The notes under the pieces: model-generated
What the model saw: the letters and a program-made list of their open reading frames with translations, nothing else
The model's database searches: none
Told to the model about the DNA's origin: nothing
Shown here: piece by piece, positions 54,660 through 64,000 of the stretch
How positions within the stretch are numbered: position 1 is the first letter of the stretch
Layout: every line of letters starts with the position of its first letter
DNA from: Squalus acanthias
Lineage: Eukaryota
Direction: 5' to 3'
Length of the DNA stretch: 64,000 nt
NCBI GenBank assembly: GCA_030390025.1
Contig: CM059431.1
Coordinates: 140,680,001 to 140,744,000 of the forward strand
Translations under genes and position numbers: made by a program

Positions 54660-54747
54660 TCAAACATCCACACTTAGTCCAGATCTGGATTCCTGCAACG
54701 ACTTCAGCTCATTCTCTCTGTTTGAACTGAACCGATTCCCCCACAGC
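54660..54747 (-). CDS. NLR/RI-like LRR gene, terminal coding exon (LWGNRFSSNRENELKSLQESRSGLSVDV*)
   Basis: AG acceptor at 54748-54749 after TGTTTC. Phase matches the previous exon. LxxNxF end of an LRR. TGA at 54660-54662. Confidence 0.8.
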
Positions 54748-54917
54748 CTGAAACAGATTAAAGATTAAACAGGAAATAAACAGATTGCACAACAGTGTAA
54801 ATAACAGAAAGACTGAGGTTAATATTTCAATAATAATTACAGACAAATATTACCCATAAGTGACTGAATCCCATTTATATTTTATTTATTGCAATAAACA
54901 TTAACACAAACACTCAC

Positions 54918-55085
54918 GCGATCCTCTCCAGACTCCTGCAGGTCACTATGAGGTGGTGGAGAGCGGGGAATGATCGGTCTGTGAAGTAGTTTGATCCCAG
55001 GATCAGAACCGTCAGTGAGCGGTTTACACTGAGAGCGGAGGCGAGATCCCCAGTACAAGAATCTGTGAGACCGTCGTCATCCAGC
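54918..55085 (-). CDS. NLR/RI-like LRR gene, penultimate exon, 168 nt (LDDDGLTDSCTGDLASALSVNRSLTVLILGSNYFTDRSFPALHHLIVTCRSLERI)
   Basis: CAG acceptor, GTGAGT donor, open frame, phase 2/2, homologous to the upstream LRR exons. Confidence 0.88.
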
Positions 55086-55149
55086 CTGGGGATCAGAGAG
55101 AGAAATAACAGGAATCAGAATAAATCCACACAGTTTATTAAACACTATT

Positions 55150-55412
55150 ACTGATCAGAAAGAAGGAGAAAACAAAGAAAAAAGAGAGAATGAGAAGAGA
55201 AAGAAGAAAAAAGAATGGGAGAAAGAAAGATGAAAAAGAATGAAAGAGAAAGAAAAAAGCGAATGGAAGAAAAAACAAAAAAATGAAGAAATAAAGGAAA
55301 GAAAGACATAAAAAAAGACAGAAAGAAAAAGATAAAAAGAGAAAGAAAGGAAACAAAGAAAGAAAAAGAGAAAGAAAATCAAAAAAAGTAAGGAAGCAAA
55401 GTAAAAGTAAGA
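55150..55412. repeat. Purine-rich (A/G) low-complexity tract in the NLR intron
   Basis: GAAA/AAAG-type sequence almost free of pyrimidines. Confidence 0.9.
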
Positions 55413-55417
55413 AACTC

Positions 55418-57719
55418 TTTCATTTCTATATCGCCTTTCATGACCTCAGGACATCCCAAAGCGCTTTACAGGCAATGAAGTACTTTTTGAAGTGTCGTCA
55501 CTCTTGTAATGTAGGAAAAGCAGCAGCTAATTTGCGCACAGCAAGCTCCCCCAAAAAGCAATGTGATAATGACCAGAATACCTGTTTTTAGTGATGTTGG
55601 TTCCAGCTTTATCCATCTTTCTCTGTCCCTGCACCCACTTTAATATTATTAAACCCCTTTAATGTCAGCAGAGTTTACATGATTTTTCCCCCTAATTTAA
55701 CTTGAACTTCTCTTGACTCACCTTCTGGACACCGGTGTGGAGGCTATTGCATCTTATAAAACAAACCCTATGGAATTTACTGGAGTCATAGAGTCATTAC
55801 GGCACAGAAGGTTGGCCATTCGGACCATTGAGTCCGTGACGGCTCTCTTTAGAGCAATCCAGTCAGTCCCATTCCCCCAATCTTTCCCCGTAGCCCTGCA
55901 AGTTTATTTCCCTCAAGTGACTATCCAATTTCCTTTTGAAATCATTGATTTTCTCCGCTTCCACTACCCTCGTCGGCAGCGAGTTCCAGGTCATTTCCAC
56001 TCGCTGTGTAAAAAAGTTCTTCCTCACGTCCTCCCTGTATCTCTTGCCCAAAACCTTAAATCCGTGTACACAAGTCCTTGTATCATCAACTAGTGGGAAC
56101 AGCCTTTGTACGTCTACCTTATCCAAACCCGACATAATCTTGTACACCTCTATCAAATCTTCCCTCAACCTCCTTTGCTGCAAGGAGAACAACTCCAGCT
56201 TCTCCAATCTAACCTTATAGCTAAAGTCCCTCATCCCTGGAACCATTCTGGTAAATCTCCTCTGTACCCTCTCATGGACCTTCACATCCTTCCTAAAGTG
56301 CGGTGACCAGAATGGACGCAATACTCCAGCTGTGGCCTAACCAGTGCTCTATAAAGGTTCAGCATACCTTCGCTGCTTTTGTACTCAGTACCTCTATTTA
56401 TGAAACCCAGGATTCCATATGCTTTCCAACTACACTCTCAATATGTCCTGCCACCTTCAAAGGTCTATGCACATATACTCCCAGGTCCCTCAATCCCCGT
56501 GCACTGTTTAGAACTGTGTAATTAAGTGTATATTGCCTCTCCCTATACCTTCCGCCAAAATGCATCACCTCACACTTCTCTATTAAATTCCATCTGCCAC
56601 TTGTCTGCCTATTCTGCTAGCCCATCTATGTCCTGTTGCAGTCAATTGGTATCATCCTCACTGTTTGCCTCACCTCCAAGTTTTCTATCATCGGCAAATT
56701 TTGAAATTTTGCTTTGTATTCCAATATCCAGGTCATTTATATATACATCAATAAATGCAGTGGTCCTAGCACTGACCCTTGGGGAACACCGCTATCTACC
56801 ATCCTCCAGTCTGAAAAATACCCATTTACCACAACTCGCTGTTTTCTGTCCTTAACCCAATTTCTCATGCAAGCTGACACTGACCCTCCTATTCCTTCAG
56901 CCTCAATTATGTTAACCAACTTTTTATGTGGTACTTTGTCAAACGCTTTCTTAAAATCCATATAGACAACATGCACTGCATTCCCTTTATCAACCTTCTC
57001 TGTTACTTCATTAAAAAATCCATTTAGATTAGTCAAACACGATCTGCCTTTTACAATCCCGTGCAAGCTCTCCTTAATTAACTCCAAGTGCCTGTTATTT
57101 TTTTCCCTGATTATTGTTTCTAAAACCTTATCCACCACTGATGTTAAACTGACCGGCCTGTAGTTACTAGGATTGTCCTTACACCTTTCTTGAACAATGG
57201 TGTCACATTTGCTAATTTACAATCCTCTGGCACCTCCCCCGCATCTAGGGAGAATTGGAAGATTATGGCAAGCCCTTCCACTATCTCCACGCCCACTTCC
57301 CTTACAACCTGGGATGCAAGCCAGGCGACTTTTCCACCCTGTGTGTATCCAGCCTTTCGAGTACATCCTGCATATTAATTTTCACTCCATCCATTATCAT
57401 TAAACATTCCAACATATTCGGTCATTCCATCCTTTTATTGTAGTGATGATGATTGAGGGATAAATATTGGACAGGACACCGGGGATAGCTCCCATGTTCT
57501 TCTTCGAAATAGTGCCACGGGATCTTTTACGTCCACCTGAGAGAGCAGACGGGACCTTGCTTTAACGTCTCATCTGAAAGACGGCACCTCCGACAGTGTA
57601 GCTGTCAGTACTGTTCTGGGGGTGTCAGCCTAGATTTTAGTGCTCAAGTCTCTGGAGTTGGAGTTGAACACACTGACTTCAGACTCAGAGGCGAGGTTAC
57701 TACCCACTGAACCACGGCT
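55418..57719 (-). mobile_element. tRNA-headed Deu-domain-like SINE split in two (55418-55602 and 57441-57719) by a 1.84-kb insert
   Basis: GGGATCTTTTACGTCCACCTGAGAGAGCAGACGGG...TTTAACGTCTCATCTGAAAGACGGCACCTCCGACAGTG core; tRNA-like head near 57640-57719; L2-like tail CCAAAGCGCTTTACA. Confidence 0.7.
55784..57370 (-). mobile_element. CR1-type LINE fragment (RT and C-terminus)
   Basis: VYMDFKKAFDKVPH...[11 protein letters not shown] (56737-57138) and FWSPHFRKDV...LFSLQQRRLREDLIEVYK (55863-56321). Confidence 0.92.
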
Positions 57720-57796
57720 AACATGCAGTTTCTGTTAATAACATTATTACTGATAATATTATACAGTGTTAGACATCCAGTTATTATAAACACAAT

Positions 57797-60006
57797 GGCC
57801 CGCAATTTCTGGTCAATGGCGAAGCAAAGGCGTTCGTCACTGGCCCCGAAGAAAGCTGCCCGCAATGATCTTGTGATCTCTGTGGCGAAAGGTTTGCCTT
57901 TCTCGACGCGTATGTGAGATCAGTGCAGTATAGTGGGCAATCCCTAGTGCGAGCTGCTGTGACGTCAACTAGCTCTCTAGAAAATAAGAACATAAGAAAC
58001 AGGGGCTCTGCCATTCAATAAGATCATGGCTGATCCAATCTTGTCCTCAACACCACTTTCCCGCTCTCTCCCCATACCCCTTGATTCACTTGTCGTTCAA
58101 ATCTCTGTCAATCTCCGCCTTGAATATATTCAGTGACTCCGCCTCCACAGCTCTCCGGGTTAGAGAATTCCAAAGATTCACGACCCTCAGAGAAGAAATT
58201 TCTTCTCATCTCTGTCTTAAATGGGCGACCCCTTATTCTGAAACTATGCCCCCTAGTTCTAGATACCACCACTAGGGGAAACATCCTCTCAGCATCCACC
58301 CTGTCAATCCCCCTAGAATCTTATATATTTCAATAAGATCACCTCTCATTCTTCTAAACTCCAATGAGTATAGGCCTAACCTGCTCAACCTTTCATCATA
58401 CGTCAACCCCTTCATCCCAGGAATCAACCTAATGAATCTTCTCTATACTGTCCAATGCAAGTATATCCCTCCTTAAATATGGTGACCACAACTGTACACA
58501 GTATTCCAGGTGCGGTCTCACCAGTGCCCTGTAAAGTTGCATCAAGACTTCCCTACTTTTATACTCCATACCCCTTGCAATAAAGGCCAACATTCCATTT
58601 GCCTTCCTAATTACTTGCTGCACCAGCATGCTAAGTTTCTGTGTTTCATGTACTAGGACCCCAGATCCCTTTGTACCGCAGCATTTTGCAGTCTCAATCC
58701 ATTTAAATAATAATTTGCTTTTTCATTCTTCCTTCCAAAGTGTATAACCTCACATTTTCACACATTGTACTCCATCTGCCAATTTTTTGCCCACTCACTT
58801 AACCTATCTATACCCCTTTGCAGACTCTTGTGTCCTCCTCACAACTTGCTAACCCATCTATCTTTGTATCATCAGCAAATTTGGCTACAGTACTCTCGGT
58901 CCCTTCATCCAAGTCATTAATATAGATTGTAAATAGTTGAGGCCCCAGCACTGATCCCTGTGGCACCCCACTAGTTACTGGTTGCCAACCGGAAAATGAT
59001 CCATTTATCCCGACTCTCTGTTTTCTGTTAGTTAGCCAATCCCCTATCCATGCTAATATATTACCCCAACCCCGTGCGCTCTTATCTTGTGCAGTAACCT
59101 TTCATGTGGCACCTTATCGAATGCCTTCTGGCATCCAATTACACCACATCTACTGGTTCCCCTTTATCCACCCTGTTTGTTACATCCTCAATGAACTCTA
59201 GCAAATTAGTCAAACACGATTTCCCTTTCATAAAACCATGTTGACGCTACTAGATTGTCTTATGATTTTCTAAATGTCCTGCTATTACCTCCTTAATAAT
59301 GGTTTCCAGCATTTTCCCAATGACAGATGTTAGGCTAACTGGCCGAAAGTTTCCTGCTTTCTGTCTCCCTCCTTTCTTGAATAAGGGCGTTACATTTGCG
59401 GTTTATCCAATCCTCTCTCTCAGCAGAATCACAATGCAGAATTCTCTCAGACAGGGAACCAGGAAATGAAGAAGTTGATTTACTCAGATGATTTAAATTT
59501 TTTACAGAGAGCAAAACAAAGATTGGAGCTCTCACATGAGGAATATTTAAATCTGAAATAAATAATTAAAATAAATATATATTTTTAAAAGTTTTTCAAA
59601 TTTATTAAAAATTGTAATTTTAAACATTATGGAGAAATTTAATACTTCACAACAAAACAATTCGTTTTTCAGGGCCATAACCTTTGGTTAGCAGTCAGTA
59701 CGCTGTTGAAACCCCAGTTACACCTACACCAGCAATGTCTAAATTTTAATGGGGTTTTTAACAGCGATATTACTGCGGGAAAGCCCAAGTTTTCGTCAGT
59801 TTCACAATTTCACTGATTGCCGTCTATGTGCGGGGGGTGGCGGCACCGCACAGCCAATGTCGGAGCAGTGAATGACTGACCGCAACTTCAGGATTTCCAG
59901 ATTAGGATGCGCATGTTCTACATGCTGATGTTACGGTCAGTTTCAAAGGGGCAATGTCGACAAACGCTGTTAGTTCGCTGTTATTACCCAATTCAAATTC
60001 CGGCCC
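57797..60006. mobile_element. Harbinger-like MITE in the NLR intron, carrying a nested CR1
   Basis: TIRs GGCCCGCAATTT / AAATTCCGGCCC; exact TSD AAT at 57794-57796 and 60007-60009; paralogous introns show the empty site AAACACAATCTCACACAG. Confidence 0.8.
57978..59410 (-). mobile_element. CR1-type LINE fragment nested in the MITE
   Basis: KANGMLAFIARGMEYKSREVLMQLYRALVRPHLEYCVQLWSPY (58429-58629), with the tail at the left end. Confidence 0.9.
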
Positions 60007-60030
60007 AATCTCAGAGAGTCTGATACTTCC

Positions 60031-60201
60031 CGCAGTTTCTGTATTTTACAGTCCGGGTTCCTCAGAGCTGCAGCCAGTAGTTTTACTCCTGAATCTCCCA
60101 GTTTATTATTACCCAAGTCCAGCTCGGTCAGTGAGCGGTTTGTACTGAGAGCGGAGGCGAGATCCTCGGCACAAGAAGCTGTGAGACCGACATCATACAG
60201 C
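60031..60201 (-). CDS. LRR exon, 171 nt ([56 protein letters not shown]), donor mutated GT to GG
   Basis: Open frame and CAG acceptor. Donor reads GGAAGTA where the paralogous exons read GTAAGTA. Confidence 0.7.
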
Positions 60202-60510
60202 CTGGAGATCAAAGCGAAAGAGAGAGATAGATAGAGAGATGCTACTAATAATGTACAGTGTTTATTAATAACTATTAGTGATGTACAGTGTACATTTAGT
60301 GATAACAAGTGTTTAATAAAAAATGCTGTTAATATACACTACATTATCAGTGCTGTTAATAAACACTGTTCGATACTAATAATGTAGTGTTTATTAGTAA
60401 CAATATTACTGACACTAATAATAATGTTCAGTGTTTATTAATAACACTATTACTGATATTAATAATAATGTACAGTGTCAAACAGCTACTTATTATAAAC
60501 ACAATCTTAC

Positions 60511-60678
60511 TCTAGTTTCTGTATTTTACAGTCCGGGTTGCTCAGAGCCACAGAAAGCAGTTTCACTCCTGAATCTCTTAGTTTATTATTACCCACATCC
60601 AGAACAGTCAGTGACCGGTTTATGCTGAGAGCGGAGGCGAGAGCGGCACAAGAATGTGTGAGACCGACAGCACCCAGC
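60511..60678 (-). CDS. LRR exon, 168 nt, one-codon deletion ([55 protein letters not shown])
   Basis: CAG acceptor, GTAAG donor, open frame, phase 2/2. Confidence 0.85.
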
Positions 60679-60835
60679 CTGGGGATCAGAGAGAAAGAGA
60701 GGGAGAGAGAGAAACTGTTACTGATATTAAGAATAATGTACAGTGTTTATTAATAACACTATTACTGGTAATAATATTGTACAGTGTTAGTCATCCAGCT
60801 ATTATAAACACAATCTCACAAAGTCTGTTACTTAC

Positions 60836-61006
60836 CGCAGATTCTGTATTTTATAGTCCGGGTTACTCAGAGCCGCAGACAGTAGTTTCACTCCTGAATC
60901 TCCCAGTTTATTATTACTCAGGTTCAGATCCGTCAGTGACCGGTTTGTACTGAGAGCGGAGGCGAGATCCTCGGCACAAGAATCTGTGAGACCGACATCA
61001 ACAAGC
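60836..61006 (-). CDS. LRR exon, 171 nt ([56 protein letters not shown])
   Basis: CAG acceptor, GTAAGT donor, open frame, phase 2/2. Confidence 0.9.
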
Positions 61007-61147
61007 CTGGGTATCAGAGAGAGAGAGAGAGAAAATGTGATTCAGGATAAAGCCCACTGTCCATTAATAACACTATTACTGATAATAATATTGTAGTGCT
61101 AGACATCCAGTTATTATAAACACAATCTCACACAGTCTGGTACTTAC

Positions 61148-61318
61148 TGCAGTTTCTGTATTTTACAGTCCGGGTTCCTTAGAGCCACAGACAGTAGTTT
61201 CTCTCCTGAATCTCCCAGTTTATTATTACTCAGGTTCAGATCCGTCAGTGACCGGTTTGTACTGAGAGCGGAGGCGACATCCTCGGCACAAGAATCTGTG
61301 AGACCGACATCAGCAAGC
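61148..61318 (-). CDS. LRR exon, 171 nt ([56 protein letters not shown])
   Basis: CAG acceptor, GTAAGT donor, open frame, phase 2/2. Confidence 0.9.
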
Positions 61319-61429
61319 CTGGGTATCAGAAAGAGAGAAAATGTGAATCAGGATAAAGTCCACTGTCTATTAATAACACTATTGGACAGTGCTTATTAAT
61401 AAAACTATTACTGATACTAATAATAATGT

Positions 61430-62845
61430 TTAAGAGGGGGGATAGAACATGTACAGGGAATTATAGACCAGTCAGCTTAACATCGGTGGTAGGAAAAATA
61501 ATGGAATCCCTACTAAAGTAGAAAATAGAAGAACATCGAGAAACCAAAAATATAATAATGAATAGTCAACATGGATTCAAAAGGGAAAGTGTTGCTTGAC
61601 CAACCTCATTGAATTTTTTAAGCGTTAACAGAGAGAGTAGACAATGGTAATGCATTAGAAGTAATTTATCTGGATTTTCAAAAGGCCTTCAATAAGGTAC
61701 CCCATAATAGACTGATGAACAAGGTCAGAGAATGCAGAGTGAAGAGACAAGTAGCAGAATGGATTGCTGGCTGGCTTCAGCACAGAGAGCAGATAGAGTA
61801 GCAGTAAAGGGTAGCTTTTCACAGTGACAGAAGGTGGGTAGTGGTGTTCCACCAGGATCAGTGTTGGGACACGGTTGTTCACAATTTACATTAACAATTT
61901 AGACTTTGGAATCAAAACACAATTTCTAAATTTGCGGATGACACCAAATTGGGGGAGTTGGTCAATACTGAGGAGGACTGCAACAAGTTACAGGAGGACA
62001 TTAATAAACTTGCAGAATGAGCATATAATTGGTTAATGAAGTTCAACACAGATAAATGTGAGGTATTACATTTCGGTACGAAGATTAGGGAGGTCACTTA
62101 TTACTTGGAGGGTGTGAGTCTAGGTCGGGTAGAGGACCAAATGGCAATTGGAGTATAAATACAAAAATATCAAAGTTGCGACACAGGTTAGCAAGGCCAT
62201 AAAAAAAGCAAACCAAGCACTCGGGTTTATTTCTAGAGATATAGAATTGAAAAGTGGGAAAGTTATGCTAAACCTGTATCGAACCTTGTTTAGACCACAC
62301 TTAGAGTACTGTATACAGTTCTGCTCACCATATTATAAAAAGGATATAGAGGCACTGGAGAAGGTGCAAAGATTTACAATTATGATATCAGAAATGTGAT
62401 GTATACATATCAGGAAAGGATGAACAGGCTGGGTCTCTTTTCTCTTGTAGAAAGGCTGAAGGGTGACCTAACGGAGCTCTTTAAAATTTTGAAAAAATTT
62501 GATACAGTGGATACAGAGAGAATGTTTCTACTAGTGGGGAAGAGCATAACTAGAGGCCATCAATTTAAGATAGACAGTCTTCAAGAAATATAACAGGGAA
62601 TTCAGAAGAAACTTCTTTACCCAAAGAGTGGTGAGAATGTGGAACTCGCTACTACAGGGAGTGATTGAAGCGAATAGTATCGATGCATTTAAGGGGAGGC
62701 TAGATAAGCATATGAGGGAGAGGGAATAGAGGGTTATGCTGATAGATTTAGATGAGGAAAGACCTGGGGAGGCTCGAGTGGAGCATAAATGCCGGCACAG
62801 ACTTGAGCCTAATGGCCTGTTTCTGTGCCGTATATCCTATGTAAT
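61430..62845 (+). mobile_element. Decayed CR1-type LINE fragment in the NLR intron
   Basis: NYRPVSLTS, YLDFQKAF, FADDTK and LFRPHLEYCIQFCSPYYKKDIEALEKVQ remnants with stops and frameshifts. Confidence 0.9.
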
Positions 62846-62902
62846 GGACAGTGTCAGACATCCATTTATTCTAAACACAATCTCACACAGTCTGGTACTT
62901 AC

Positions 62903-63073
62903 CGCAGTTCCTGTATTTTACAGTCCGGGTTCCTCAGAGCCGCAGACAGTAGTTGCACTCCTGAATCTCCCAGTTTATTATTACCCAGGTCCAGAACTGT
63001 CAGTGATCGGTTTGTACTGAGAGCGGAGGCAAGTTCCTCAGCACAAGAAACTGTGAGACCATTTTCATCAAGA
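62903..63073 (-). CDS. LRR exon, 171 nt ([56 protein letters not shown])
   Basis: ORF 62899-63114; CAG acceptor, GTAAGT donor, phase 2/2; the 171-nt two-LRR exon is typical of NLRP and RNH1 genes. Confidence 0.92.
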
Positions 63074-63240
63074 CTGAGGATGAGGGGGTGGGACAGAGAA
63101 AGAAATAACATCACGGTAAATACCCAATATTTATTAACACTATTACTTATAAGGTACAGTGCTTATTAGTAACACTATTACTGACACTAATAATAATGTA
63201 CAGTGTCAGACATCCAGTGATTATAAACACAATCTCACAC

Positions 63241-63907
63241 ATAGAAAAATATAGAAACATAGAAGATAGGAGCAGGAGTAGGCCATTCGGCCCCTCGAAC
63301 CTGCTCCGCCATTCGATGAGATCATGGCTGATCATCCAAACTCAGTACCCTGTACCTGCCTTCTCCCCATATCCCTTGATACCTTTAGCTTTAAGAAATA
63401 TATCTAACTCATTCTTGAATATATTTAATGACTTGGCCTCAACTACCTTCTGTGGTAGAGAATTCCACAGGTTGACCACTCTCTGGGTGAAGAAATTCCT
63501 CCTCAACTCAGTCCTAAATGGCTTACCCGTTATCCTTAGATTATGACCCCTGGTTCTGGACTCTCCGACCATCGGGAACATTCTTCCTGCATCTAGTTTG
63601 TCCAGACCTGTCAGAATTTAATATGTTTCGATGAGATCCCCTCTCATTCTTCTAAACTCCAGCGAGTATAAGCCCAATCGACCCAATCTCTCCTCATATG
63701 TCATTCCTGCCATCACAGGTATCAGCCATGTGAATCTTCGCTGAACTCCTTCCCTGGCAAAAACAACCTTCCTCAGATAAGGCGACCAAAACTGCACACA
63801 GTACTCAAGGTGTGGTCTCACCAAGGCCCTGTACAACTGCAGCAGGACATCCCTGTTCCTATACTCAAACCCTCTCGCTATGAAGGCCAACATACCATTT
63901 GCCTTCT
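63241..63907 (-). mobile_element. CR1/HER1-type LINE 3' fragment in the NLR intron
   Basis: ORFs 63618-63911 and 63342-63581 encode the CR1 ORF2 C-terminus. Flanked by duplicated TCACACA. Confidence 0.92.
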
Positions 63908-63927
63908 TCACACAGTCTGCTACTTAC

Positions 63928-64000
63928 CGCAGTTCCTGTATTTTACAGTCCGGATTCCTCAGAGCCGCAGACACTAGTTTCACTCCTGAATCTCCCAGTT
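63928..64000 (-). CDS. LRR exon, partial at the window edge (...[23 protein letters not shown])
   Basis: Homologous to the other exons. GTAAGT donor at 63922-63927. Confidence 0.88.

Noticed and set aside
55138..55382. Phe/Leu/Ser-rich membrane-protein-like ORFs
   Set aside because: Translation of the low-complexity GA tract.
60431..63169. Repeated plus-strand ORFs ([11 protein letters not shown]..., [16 protein letters not shown])
   Set aside because: Antisense shadows of the minus-strand LRR exons.
54660..64000. Assigning a symbol such as NLRP3, NLRC3 or RNH1
   Set aside because: Only LRR exons are visible. The NACHT and N-terminal domains lie outside the window and fish NLR families are lineage-expanded, so orthology cannot be judged.

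Overview
Eukaryotic, repeat-dominated DNA, most likely from a cartilaginous fish. This is inferred from an HE1-type V-SINE, CR1/HER1-like LINE tails and the style of the NLR LRR exons. From left to right the window holds: a 55-bp minisatellite (about 3.8 kb); decayed LINEs and an integrase remnant; a decayed tRNA cluster (Lys, Leu, Trp, Glu, Val) with nested CR1, LTR-like and MITE insertions; a 35.3-kb array of a 31-bp repeat joined directly to a 1.4-kb 30-bp minisatellite; a second decayed tRNA cluster; a 28S rRNA-derived fragment; and the 3' part of a minus-strand NLR/ribonuclease-inhibitor-type LRR gene (seven phase-2/2 exons of 168-171 nt, one of them cut by the window edge, plus a terminal exon). 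The main structural observation is that unique DNA left of the satellite block (about 60-13240) and right of it (about 50290-54480) appear to be diverged inverted copies. This makes the satellites the centre of an old mirror duplication of an NLR 3' end plus tRNA cluster module, and predicts a convergent NLR paralog just left of the window. The very long His/Thr/Ser/Pro-rich ORFs in the track are explained by the stop-free satellite strand and are not called as genes. All alignments were made by eye and most element boundaries are approximate.
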